Origin: Terriglobia bacterium
Lineage (GTDB): Bacteria; Acidobacteriota; Terriglobia; 20CM-2-55-15
Reading direction: 5' to 3'
Length of the DNA: 64,000 bases
NCBI GenBank assembly: GCA_965198225.1
Contig: CBDAOY010000008.1
Location: 864,001-928,000 of the forward strand
The position numbers were made by a program, and so were the translations under genes. A model generated the notes under the pieces. The model made no database searches and was not told where the DNA came from. It saw only the letters and a program-made list of their open reading frames with translations. The first letter of the stretch is position 1. Every line of letters starts with the position of its first letter. Shown here in pieces: positions 39,485 through 48,539 of this stretch.

Positions 39485-40095
39485 ACTATGACGCGGTCTG
39501 ATCCCTCCAGAGCGTTCATGCCCGCATTGTGGCCTTGGCCTTTTCGGGCCGGCCTCGGTTTCGACTTCACCGAGGCACTTCGGAGGTCTCCCGGTTCTCG
39601 TGTATGTTGTTTCTCAGCGTGCGCGGGGTCTTAGACTACGCAGGACCGACAAGCCACTTGCGTTTAACGCAGCCCATCGTGTTGCCTTCCGCGACCGTAA
39701 AAGCGTCGGCATCCTGATCTCGTACCCTTTTCGAAGCTCAATAGCCCAGCCCACTGATACCTCTGTCTACGCTTCAAGCGCCACCTCACGATGACAGCCC
39801 GCAAGACTCGAGGCCAGGATGGATTCGCTATCCCCTTTCCTGTACGACTCTTTCATTCGCGACAACATACCGGTTTATCCTGGCGTACTACGGCACCGGC
39901 ACCGTTCCTTCAGTTCTTCAAACCAGCCGTGCCCTAGTTTCGCAAGACTCGGCCGAGCGCTTCAATCTCAGCGAGGCCCCGCATCGCTGCCAGCGTTACC
40001 TTCGCCCTTGAATGCAGCAGAAATATTCCGTCCCTTTGCCATTCGCGTAAGGTCTGCTCATCTGTGCGGAGACCATTTGAGAATGCCGTCTGAAT

Positions 40096-40914
40096 CTACC
40101 TCCGACTTTTGGAAATCGCTGTAGAAGTCGGCGAACGCAACTCCCGAACGATCCCGAACAGACTCAGGATCCTCAAGACGTAGTACGTTATGTCAATCTC
40201 CCACCATCGCAAACCGTGCCGGGCACTATACATAAACCGGTGGTGATTGTTATGCCAGCCGTCTCCCAGTGTGATCAGCGCGACGAAGCGATTGTTCCGA
40301 CTTTGGTCTCCCGTTTCAAACGGCCTGGATCCCCAGACATGCGCGAGGGAATTAATTGAAAACGTGGAGTGCCACAGCACAACAGTCGAAACAACAAATC
40401 CCCAGAGGAAAACGGGATAGCCTCCCGCCGCAAACACGGCAGCACCAAACAAGAGAGCAGGGACACTGTGGTATCTGTTCAAGAGCCTGAGTTCCGGAAA
40501 CTTTTCGAAATCCTGCATGATGCGGCTGTCATATCCACTGGACTCACCGGAAAGAAGCCATCCGATATGCGACCACCAAAGGCTACCGCGTACTGGAGAA
40601 TGGATATCTTCCTCGGAATCCGAGTAGCGATGGTGCACGCGATGATGTGCCGCCCACCACAACACGCCCCTTTGCCCGCCGGTCTGGGCGAGGAAGGCTA
40701 AAACAAACTGAGAAAGGCGATTGAGCCTGAAGGCACGATGGCTGAAGTACCGATGATAACCGGCCGTGATTGCGAACATTCGAATGCCATAGCTGATGGC
40801 GAACCAGCCAAGGTAAGACCACTTGAACGGCGTCCACAACAAAAGCAGGCACGCGGCATGCATCGGGACAAAGGAAACAATTGCATCGAAATGAAATCGT
40901 CTAACTCGCGTCAT
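40096..40914 (-). CDS. Acyl-CoA/acyl-lipid delta-9 type fatty acid desaturase
   Basis: His boxes HRYFSH, HRVHH, WHNNHH; INSLAH; lower GC than flanks. Confidence 0.9.
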   Translation of the reverse strand: MTRVRRFHFDAIVSFVPMHAACLLLLWTPFKWSYLGWFAISYGIRMFAITAGYHRYFSHRAFRLNRLSQFVLAFLAQTGGQRGVLWWAAHHRVHHRYSDSEEDIHSPVRGSLWWSHIGWLLSGESSGYDSRIMQDFEKFPELRLLNRYHSVPALLFGAAVFAAGGYPVFLWGFVVSTVVLWHSTFSINSLAHVWGSRPFETGDQSRNNRFVALITLGDGWHNNHHRFMYSARHGLRWWEIDITYYVLRILSLFGIVRELRSPTSTAISKSRR

Positions 40915-40996
40915 ATTTAGGCCCGATTGGGAACCGCGTACCGACACCGATTGAGCTTGAACCGTAAGAAACTGCCCATTCTCCTTGATTTCGCGG

Positions 40997-41251
40997 TCAC
41001 AACTCACAAAATTGGACCTTAACAGAGTCGGGAATCTCCACTCCATTGATGCAAGCCTCCACAAAAGCCATTTGCACCACATTTGCCACTTCAACGACCC
41101 TACGAGTGGCGCGATACGCCGAGGGACTCTCGGCGTGGACATCCCCAATAACGGGAATGTGGTGTTGAATGCCATGTCGGGTAGGGTTGCAAGTCTCGAC
41201 TACGTTGATGTCGGAAGTGAAAGGCCCTTTGTGCTCCGTTTGGTGCGTCAC
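40997..41251 (-). CDS. Small hypothetical protein (weakly HicB-like)
   Basis: 84-aa ORF upstream of the desaturase; IPVIGDVHAES...EACINGVEIP pattern. Confidence 0.3.
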   Translation of the reverse strand: MTHQTEHKGPFTSDINVVETCNPTRHGIQHHIPVIGDVHAESPSAYRATRRVVEVANVVQMAFVEACINGVEIPDSVKVQFCEL

Positions 41252-41405
41252 TAACTGAACCGCGAAAATCTGGCTAAATATAACTACAGGTGGGATTTAT
41301 AAGCAAGAAAAGTCTCAACTCCCGTTCAGACGGCGTAATTCGCCCAATTCTCAAATGACAACAAGGGGATTTATCGGGAGCTGACCCTCCAAAACGAGGG
41401 AGCCC

Positions 41406-41497
41406 TTCGCGGCAGGGACACCGGTCGCCCGGCCCCCGCACAGATTCCGTACGAGCGGAACTACTTCATACGGCTCCTGCCTCGGATGGATTGCGGC
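41406..41497 (-). mobile_element. Group II intron 3' remnant (RT tail, DV, DVI), paralog of intron A
   Basis: CCATCCGAGGCAGGAGCCGTATGAAGTAGTTCCGCTCGTACGGAATCTGTGCGGG...CCCTGCCGCGA aligns with the 3' end of intron A. Confidence 0.75.
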
Positions 41498-41599
41498 ACA
41501 CACTACGTACCGCACACCGCAGAATTCCCGTGACACGTCTACCTCCCGCAGTTGTGTGCGTGAAGTCTGCAAAATTCGGATTCGGCATCTCCGTTGGCT

Positions 41600-42069
41600 T
41601 TAGGCTGGCCGCCTGAAACGCGAACGCCTACTGACAACTGAGTACTGATTACCTCCCGTACCACCAAGCCAGCGCAGAATCGTGTCCGTAACGAAATCCG
41701 CCACGTCCCGGTGGACGAAGTGTCCGGCGCCGGGGACCGTGACCAGGGTCAGGTCCCGCTCCAGCCAGTCCCACGTGCCGCTCAGGGCGTCGGCGAGTAC
41801 ATACCGGTCCTCCAGCCCGTGAATCAGGAGCACCGGGGCCTGTACCTTGACGAGGGGCGAGGTGTGTTCGGGTAGGGCTCACGCGGATAGTTCGCTTTGT
41901 AATCATCACGACGAGCGGCCCGTCGCCGAGCGTGACGTAGTGAATCGGGACGTCGGCGTTCCCGGCGAAGTGACGCTCGACTTCTTCGAAGAGGTCAGGT
42001 CCCCGGGGCGGGGGAATGCGGTGGTGCCGCCAAAAAAACGGCCGCCAGCAGGCCGGAGCGCAACCGCAT
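41600..42069 (-). pseudogene. Alpha/beta (epoxide hydrolase-like) hydrolase pseudogene
   Basis: Signal peptide, IHYVTLGDGPLVVMI jumps to [10 protein letters not shown], then frameshift to PVLLIHG..GAGHFVH; nucleophile region deleted. Confidence 0.8.
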
Positions 42070-42082
42070 CGATGGACCCCGG

Positions 42083-42799
42083 TTAACGCCCAAGCGCATT
42101 CGAGAGCCGACCCGGTTCGTGGCACGACCCGCAGACCAGCTTCGCTCTCAGCGTGACTGAACTCGGGTCGGAGAGCCAGGTCTCGGCACGTCTGGCGTAG
42201 GCTGTTCCGGGCATCGTTTCGACGATTCGTTTCATGAAGACGTCCGCCCGTTCACGATTGTCGAGCCTGTACTCCGACTCGGCAACGCCGGCCAGGACTT
42301 CGCCCCTGTGGTGAAGGGGCATGTTGTCCAACTGCGCCTGCTGTTCTTCGTAGAGAACGTTGTAGGCGTCCCTGGCCTTCTCGAGCGCCCGTTGCCGGTG
42401 CTGGGTCGGCATTCGTCCCTGGTTCATGAGCATCGTGCCGCCGTAGACGGCGTTGACTCCGATCCCCCTTGGGTCGATGTTCAAGGCCAAGTCCAACAGG
42501 CGGAGCGCTTCGCCGTACTGGCGTTCGAAGCCCTCCGAATCTCCACTCTCGTGCGCCAGGACGGCCAGATGGGCGACACCCATGGCCTTCAACGCCATCG
42601 CATCGGGATCCTTCGGGTTTTCCTTGAGGATCTCTGCGAGTTTCTCCATGCCGACATTCATTCTGTTCAGATCGTTGCCAAGCGGTCCGGCAAATATATC
42701 TTCGCGGGCCCAGGTGTAGACACTCAGACCGTCGGGTCGCTGGGCAAAGGCGCCAGCTGCCATCAACAGCAGCAAGACAGCGCTCACTCGAATACGCAT
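42083..42799 (-). CDS. Secreted helical-repeat protein with C-terminal CxxCH (putative monoheme c-type cytochrome)
   Basis: AFA signal peptide, TPR-like helices, CGSCH near the C-terminus. Confidence 0.7.
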   Translation of the reverse strand: MRIRVSAVLLLLMAAGAFAQRPDGLSVYTWAREDIFAGPLGNDLNRMNVGMEKLAEILKENPKDPDAMALKAMGVAHLAVLAHESGDSEGFERQYGEALRLLDLALNIDPRGIGVNAVYGGTMLMNQGRMPTQHRQRALEKARDAYNVLYEEQQAQLDNMPLHHRGEVLAGVAESEYRLDNRERADVFMKRIVETMPGTAYARRAETWLSDPSSVTLRAKLVCGSCHEPGRLSNALGR

Positions 42800-42929
42800 C
42801 AGAAACCTCCTCTCCGGATGTGGCCCGCACGATCATGCGTCGGGTCAGAACCGGTGCAGCCATTGGGAAAGCCTACGACTCGCGAGAAATGATAAGCGAG
42901 GGCACGGTGGGGGTCAATCCGTGCTCGAG

Positions 42930-43988
42930 CTACACGACAAGGCGGCCGTCCTTCACCACGGGCGTGCCGCTCGCGGGGACCGTCGCGTTCGTGATGAAGT
43001 TCCAGTAGACACCGCCCCCCCGGTTGGCTCCGCCCATCTCGAGGTTGTCCCCAAGGCTCAAACGGACCACACCGGCGCCGTATCCGTAGTAGCCGATGTA
43101 TGGTTCGTCCGGGCTGATCTCGAGGACCCGATTGCAGCCGATGCCGAGTTCCCGGAACGTTTTCGCCGCTCCGCCGGCCTTGCTCAACGCACTGTCGACC
43201 GCAGCGGCGTTGTTCCCCTGGATGTCGACGACCTGACCGTCGACGAAACGCAAGAGGAGCTCGCCGGCCTCGATGCCGAGATGCTGCCAGGTAGACAGAA
43301 AAAGGGTTCCGTTGGCGGACGTCTCGATCGGGGCGACACGCAGGACGCCGGAAGGCATTTCCACGTCGCGATCGATCCGGAGCGTCCATGCCGTCGCCGC
43401 GTCGGGACTCGCGTCCCCGGTTTGTCTCGAAAAGGTTCGATTTCCCACCACAAAAGTCATGTCCGTCCCTTCCGGCGTCGCAATCCGCACCGGCCCCGAA
43501 CGAAGGACCTCGATCGCTCGATCATGTGTTGCTTCCAGTTCATCCGGAGAGACATCGAGTGCTTCGAGATAGTGCCGATCGACGATGTTGGGAACCGGAG
43601 GCGTGGTGCCCGGTACGGCGAAGGTACCACTGGCCCAGTGGAAATGCACCGAGCGTCCCCGCTTGCTGTCGAGCCACTCATCCAACGCTTGGCGGACGGC
43701 GGGAGTGTTGCCCTGATGCACTTCCGGAAGCCAGATGAATACATCGGCGTCATCAAAGAGCCGTTGGATCGAGGCAAGCTCGTCCTCGGAAGTCTCTGCA
43801 GTCTCCTCGGAGAGTATGGTCCCGGAAACAAAAGCGCCGGCGTTTCGAATCTCTTTCCGGAGAGGGCCGACGATTTCAGTGAAGACCCGGACGTCGACTT
43901 TCAGCAGGACGCTCTCACCTTCCTGAAAGCACAGAGCTTCGGCGATCTTGCGGGCGCACTTTTCGTAGTCGGCGGTCGTGAGGCTCAT
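42930..43988 (-). CDS. Aminopeptidase (M29/thermophilic metalloprotease-like)
   Basis: TPEGTDMTF, EMPSG..VAP, ELGIGCN, SLGDN..GG. Confidence 0.7.
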   Translation of the reverse strand: MSLTTADYEKCARKIAEALCFQEGESVLLKVDVRVFTEIVGPLRKEIRNAGAFVSGTILSEETAETSEDELASIQRLFDDADVFIWLPEVHQGNTPAVRQALDEWLDSKRGRSVHFHWASGTFAVPGTTPPVPNIVDRHYLEALDVSPDELEATHDRAIEVLRSGPVRIATPEGTDMTFVVGNRTFSRQTGDASPDAATAWTLRIDRDVEMPSGVLRVAPIETSANGTLFLSTWQHLGIEAGELLLRFVDGQVVDIQGNNAAAVDSALSKAGGAAKTFRELGIGCNRVLEISPDEPYIGYYGYGAGVVRLSLGDNLEMGGANRGGGVYWNFITNATVPASGTPVVKDGRLVV

Positions 43989-44755
43989 CGATCTCTTTCG
44001 TTCGTGTTGTCGAAATAACGATCGATCGCCAAGACCAGATCGGGAATGGTCGCACTCGATGCCTGGATGTCGGCCCGCAGCCCGACTTGGGCAGCGCAGT
44101 CTCGGGTGACCGGCCCGATGACCGCCACGGCGATTCCTTTCAGGAGTTCAGATAGGTCGGCGGTCCCGAGCATGTCGACGAGGTTCTGCGCTGTGGCGCC
44201 GCTGGTCAGGGTGATGCAGTCGATCTTTTCCTCGCCGAGCGATCGGCACAACCGGGAAGCGCCTTCCAGCGGCCGTTGCGTGCGGTAGACGGTCACGACG
44301 TCCACCTGGGCTCCCCTGGCGCGCAGGGTGTCGGGAAGGTGTTCCCGCGCCGCCTCCGCTCGTGGAAGCAGGATGCGCTGACCGGACAGGTTTTCCGGGA
44401 GCGCCTCGATGAGGCCTTCCGCACGGAAGTCGTCCGGGATGAGGGCTGGAGAGAGTCCCCGTTCCTCGAGATTTCTTGCCGTCTGGGAGCCGACGACGGC
44501 AATCGGCGGAATGCCCGCATGATCGTCCAGACGGTCCAGAAAGCATCGAACGGCGTTCGCACTGGTCAGAATCAACCAGTCGTAGTCGGCAAGACCAGCG
44601 ATCGCGGCATCGACTGGCGCCCAGGATTCTGGAGGTACGATTTCGATGGTCGGGATCTCCAGGACTCGGGCACCGAGTTGTTCGAGCCGCTCGCGCAACG
44701 GAGCAGACTGGCCCTTTGCCCGTGTCGTCAGGATCGTTCGGCCCTCAAGTCCCAT
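43985..44755 (-). CDS. hemD: Uroporphyrinogen-III synthase
   Basis: ILTTRA, LTSANAV, VYRT, TLTSG, IGPVT. Confidence 0.9.
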   Translation of the reverse strand: MGLEGRTILTTRAKGQSAPLRERLEQLGARVLEIPTIEIVPPESWAPVDAAIAGLADYDWLILTSANAVRCFLDRLDDHAGIPPIAVVGSQTARNLEERGLSPALIPDDFRAEGLIEALPENLSGQRILLPRAEAAREHLPDTLRARGAQVDVVTVYRTQRPLEGASRLCRSLGEEKIDCITLTSGATAQNLVDMLGTADLSELLKGIAVAVIGPVTRDCAAQVGLRADIQASSATIPDLVLAIDRYFDNTNERDR

Positions 44756-45674
44756 TGCGAATGATTTCTTCAAGCACGGCCCGGCCGCCCGAAGCCAGCA
44801 GCCGCCGGCCCAGTTCCGCACCGATCTCTCCGGCCCGGGCAGTGTCGCCCTTGGCGCGGTCGGTGATCAGATCTGTCCCGTCGAGGCTCGCGATCAGACC
44901 GCAAAGGACGATGACATCTCCCTCGACCCGCGCGTGTCCGCCGATCGGGACCTGACAGCTCCCTTCAAGACTCGCCAGCAGCGCACGCTCGGCCAGGATG
45001 GCCGCGCGTGTGGCCTCGTGGTCCAACCGGAGCAGGGAAGCCTGCGTTTCGCTGTCCCCGCGGCGGCAAACGATCGCCAGGGCTCCCTGTCCGACAGCCG
45101 ACAACATCACCTCCGATTCGAGGTATTCGGTGATGCGGTCAGAGTGTCCCAGTCGATTCAGACCTGCGGCAGCCAGTACTATTCCGTCATACTCCCCTGT
45201 GTCGAGCTTACGCAGCCTTGTGTCTACGTTGCCTCTGAGGGGAACGACATCGAGTTCGGGAAAACGATGTCGGAGCTGCACCTGCCTCCGAAGGCTGCTC
45301 GTGCCGATACGGGCGCCGGGGAGCATCTCTCCGAGCTTCCTTCCGTCCGATACGAGGACGTCGCGATGATCTTCGCGTTCCGTGATCGCGACGAGTCGGA
45401 TGCCGTCGGGGAGATCGAATGGAAGATCCTTCATGCTGTGAACCGCGAAATCGATCCGCCCGTCGAGAAGGGCTTCGTCGAGTTCCTTCGTGAAAAGCCC
45501 TTTCCCTCCAATCTGGGCCAGGGGAACATCCAGGATGCTGTCGCCCGTCGTCTTGATGATGACGATTTCGACAGAGAGGCTGTCGAAGATACTTTCGAGT
45601 TCGGTCTTGGCCCAGTTCGCCTGCCGCAGCGCGAGCTGGCTTCCGCGCGAACCGAGCTTGAGCGTGCGACTCAC
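44745..45674 (-). CDS. hemC: Hydroxymethylbilane synthase
   Basis: GSRGSQLA, GGKGLFTKE, VHSMKD, GTSSLRR, LRGNVDTR, GSCQVPIG. Confidence 0.96.
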   Translation of the reverse strand: MSRTLKLGSRGSQLALRQANWAKTELESIFDSLSVEIVIIKTTGDSILDVPLAQIGGKGLFTKELDEALLDGRIDFAVHSMKDLPFDLPDGIRLVAITEREDHRDVLVSDGRKLGEMLPGARIGTSSLRRQVQLRHRFPELDVVPLRGNVDTRLRKLDTGEYDGIVLAAAGLNRLGHSDRITEYLESEVMLSAVGQGALAIVCRRGDSETQASLLRLDHEATRAAILAERALLASLEGSCQVPIGGHARVEGDVIVLCGLIASLDGTDLITDRAKGDTARAGEIGAELGRRLLASGGRAVLEEIIRNGT

Positions 45675-45686
45675 CGAACGGCCTCG

Positions 45687-46943
45687 CTACTTCTGTTTGA
45701 CATTAAAGATTCTACGAACCACGTCGAGATACTCCGGCCCTTTCGGGTCGTGAGCCATGTCTTTCAGCTGGGAAATCGGGTGATGGAGGATCTTGTTGAT
45801 GAGCGCCTGCGTGATCCGGTCGACAGCCTGCTGCTGCTGCTCATCGAGGGCGCCCAGGTGCTTCCGGTTGCGCTCGATCTCGTCACGTCGCAGCTTCTCC
45901 AGGGTTTCTCTCAGGCCTACGATCGTCGGGACAACCTCGCGGGTCTGCATCTTCGAGCAGAACGCCTGAACCTCCTGGTCCACGATCTCCTCGGCCCGGC
46001 CGGCCTCCTTCATCCGTTCCCGAACGTTTTCATCGACAACCTGCTGCAGGTCATCGATGTCGTACAGGAAGATGTTGTCGATGTCGTTGACGGCGGGGTC
46101 GATGTCACGCGGAACGGCGATATCGATGAAGAACATCGGGCGGTTTTTCCTGCGGCGGATGATCTGTTCGGCAATCGGCTTGGCGATGACGAAATGAGGG
46201 GCTCCCGTCGAACTGATGACGATGTCGGCCCGGTCGATGTGGTCGTGGAGGTGTTCGAACTGGATTGCGGCGCCTTCGAACACGCGGGCCATCTCGACGG
46301 CGCGCTCGAAAGTCCGGTTGGTCACCATCACCATCGAGACGCCGCTTCGCTTCAAGTGCTTGGCGGCCAGCTCTCCCATCTTGCTGGCGCCGATTATCAT
46401 GACGCTCTTGGCCGAGAGGTCGCCGAAGATCTTCCGGGCCAGCTCGACGGCCGCGTAGCTGACCGAAACGGCGGATTGGGCAATGCCGGTCTCGGTTCGT
46501 ATCTTCTTGGCGACGACGAACGCGCGATTCATGAGCGAGCCGAGGTGCAGGCCCACGGTCCCGGCGTCGCTGGCGACGCGGTAGGCTTCCTTCACCTGGC
46601 CCAGGATCTGGGGTTCTCCCACCACCATCGAGTCCAGGCTCGAGGCCACCCTGAAGATGTGACGGATCACGTCGTTGTCGTTCAGCGTGTACAGGTAGTC
46701 GGTGATGCTATCGCTCGGAATCCGGTGGTAGGAGCAAAGGAACTGGCGGACCAGATCGTCACCGGGAGCCTCGGCGACGACCTCGACACGGTTGCACGTG
46801 GAGAGGATCATCGCCTCGGAAACACCGTCGTAGCGGACGAGCGCCCGCAGTGCTTCCCGGATGTCCATGTTGTCGAAGGCCAGCCGCTCGCGGATTTCGA
46901 CCGGTGCGGTCTTATGGCTCAGGCCAACTAGAGCTAACTGCAT
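45687..46943 (-). CDS. hemA: Glutamyl-tRNA reductase
   Basis: SHKTAPVEIRE, STCNRVE, SLDSMVVGEPQILGQ, DIAVPRD. Confidence 0.96.
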   Translation of the reverse strand: MQLALVGLSHKTAPVEIRERLAFDNMDIREALRALVRYDGVSEAMILSTCNRVEVVAEAPGDDLVRQFLCSYHRIPSDSITDYLYTLNDNDVIRHIFRVASSLDSMVVGEPQILGQVKEAYRVASDAGTVGLHLGSLMNRAFVVAKKIRTETGIAQSAVSVSYAAVELARKIFGDLSAKSVMIIGASKMGELAAKHLKRSGVSMVMVTNRTFERAVEMARVFEGAAIQFEHLHDHIDRADIVISSTGAPHFVIAKPIAEQIIRRRKNRPMFFIDIAVPRDIDPAVNDIDNIFLYDIDDLQQVVDENVRERMKEAGRAEEIVDQEVQAFCSKMQTREVVPTIVGLRETLEKLRRDEIERNRKHLGALDEQQQQAVDRITQALINKILHHPISQLKDMAHDPKGPEYLDVVRRIFNVKQK

Positions 46944-46947
46944 ATCC

Positions 46948-47763
46948 TCACTGCGTAAACGTGTGGAGCCCTCCAAAGTAGTTGGCTCCCAGGAACGAAA
47001 CGAGCACGCTGATGAAACCGACGATGGCCAGGTATGCGGCCTTCTTTCCGCGCCATCCGCCAATCAGGCGGTAGTTGATCAACAGCAGGTAGATGACCCA
47101 GGTGAAGAGCGACAACAGAATCTTCAGATCGCCGCCCCAAACCGTTCCCCAGGCCGACTGGGCCCACAGTGCTCCGGAGATGATGCCGAGCGTGATCAAG
47201 GGAAATCCGATCGCGAGCGATTTATACGACAGGTCGTCGCAGACCTCCAGCGACGGCAATCGATGAAAGTACGCCGAATGGTGTTTCGACTTGAGCTCCC
47301 GCTCCTGGATCAGGTACATGATCGCGCCCGCGAAGCTGATGAACAGCGCCGCATATCCAAGGAAAATCAACGGTGTATGGATGTAAATCCAGTTGCTCTG
47401 CAAGGCCGGCGGAATCGAGCTGGACGGGTCATACGCCAGGTTTGCGATGAACGTGACGATGAAGATCAACGGGAACACGAAGACGCTGAGCGAGTCGATC
47501 CGGTACTTCGTATAAGCAATCAGGAAACCCAGGACCCCCAGAGCTGCAAAGAAGGAGAATGCCTCGTAGCGCTGAGTCAAGGGCATGTACTGCAGCTCGA
47601 CCGCCCGCAGGATGATCGACGCCGAGTGGCAGATGAAGCCGACGATGATAGAGAAAAGACTGAGGCGGAACAGGGAGTATTTTCGGTTCAGAACCGTGAG
47701 TACCGAGTGCAGCAAACCCACTGAATACAAAGCCAGTGCCACCCTCAGAAGCACGACGTGCAT
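46948..47763 (-). CDS. ccsA: Cytochrome c biogenesis protein CcsA/HemX family
   Basis: Multi-TM; YIH, GIISGALWA...WGGDLK, GWRG, GLH. Confidence 0.85.
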   Translation of the reverse strand: MHVVLLRVALALYSVGLLHSVLTVLNRKYSLFRLSLFSIIVGFICHSASIILRAVELQYMPLTQRYEAFSFFAALGVLGFLIAYTKYRIDSLSVFVFPLIFIVTFIANLAYDPSSSIPPALQSNWIYIHTPLIFLGYAALFISFAGAIMYLIQERELKSKHHSAYFHRLPSLEVCDDLSYKSLAIGFPLITLGIISGALWAQSAWGTVWGGDLKILLSLFTWVIYLLLINYRLIGGWRGKKAAYLAIVGFISVLVSFLGANYFGGLHTFTQ

Positions 47764-47833
47764 GGGCGGATTATAGCACAGCGCTTGCCTCCGCCCGGGC
47801 GTGCCCGGTGCAGTGTGCTAGCATGGTAAGTCT

Positions 47834-48526
47834 ATGGGTATAGACGTCTTTCAGGTCGTTTCCTTATTCATCGCGCTGTTGCTTTCCCTCAGCGTTCACG
47901 AGTCGGCGCACGCCTGGACGGCCGATCGTCTCGGGGATCCTACGGCACGCGACCTGGGCCGCATCTCGATGAATCCGCTGGTGCATGCCGACCTGTTCGG
48001 GACCTTTCTTTTTCCCCTGATCGGCTTATTCAGCAGTTTCGTCTTCGGCATTAGTGTCATCTTCGGCTGGGCGAAACCGGTGCCAGTCAACACTGCGCGA
48101 TTGCGCCACCCGAAGCGGGACTACATGCTGGTCGCGGCGGCTGGGCCGGCAAGCAACGTGTTGATGGCGGGCGGCTTGCTGGCCGTGCTGCTGGTTCTGA
48201 AGGCTTCTTCGCCTTCCATGGGCCTCCTGATCAACCAGGTAGCCCGGGGGGTTGCGACCGGGGACTCGATTCTCGTGCCGATGCTCTCGATGGCGTATCT
48301 TGGGGTGATGATCAACCTGATCCTGGCGATCTTCAACATGATTCCGGTCGCTCCGCTCGACGGCGCCGCCGTGTTGTCCGGCCTGCTGCCGGATAGCCTG
48401 TCGCCGCTTTACGCCCAGATTCAGAATTACGGATTCTTCATCTTGATCGGCTTGCTCTACCTGGGGGTGCCCTGGTACCTGTTCAGTCCGGTTATCGGTG
48501 CAGTCCGATCCGTCCTCGTGTACTGA
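47834..48526 (+). CDS. Site-2 protease family (M50)
   Basis: HESAH, LGDPT, GWAKPVPV, AGPASN, NMIPVAPLDG. Confidence 0.9.
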   Translation: MGIDVFQVVSLFIALLLSLSVHESAHAWTADRLGDPTARDLGRISMNPLVHADLFGTFLFPLIGLFSSFVFGISVIFGWAKPVPVNTARLRHPKRDYMLVAAAGPASNVLMAGGLLAVLLVLKASSPSMGLLINQVARGVATGDSILVPMLSMAYLGVMINLILAIFNMIPVAPLDGAAVLSGLLPDSLSPLYAQIQNYGFFILIGLLYLGVPWYLFSPVIGAVRSVLVY

Positions 48527-48539
48527 CAGACTCGTATCG

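Larger units (their letters stand above)
38144..39888 (-). mobile_element. Group II intron A (class E-like, IIB) with deleted ORF; outer intron of a twintron
   Basis: 5' GTACGCCAGGATAAACCGG; DV GAGCCGGATGCGGGAATTCCGCACGTCCGGATC; ends CCTACCGCGAT; EBS1 TACGGT (39694-39699) pairs with 5' exon GCCGTA. Confidence 0.82.

Noticed and set aside
39485-39486. Canonical GTGCG start for intron B at 39486
   Set aside because: It would remove GT from the host intron's CATAGT|AC and break the EBS1 match; 39484 fits better
38070-39900. Reconstituted intron A target (GT|TACGGC) as an integron attC core
   Set aside because: No convincing complementary RYYYAAC box or palindrome, and no integrase
38403-40124. 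Several 60-170 aa ORFs within the twintron
   Set aside because: They overlap intron RNA domains and have no RT or other recognisable motifs
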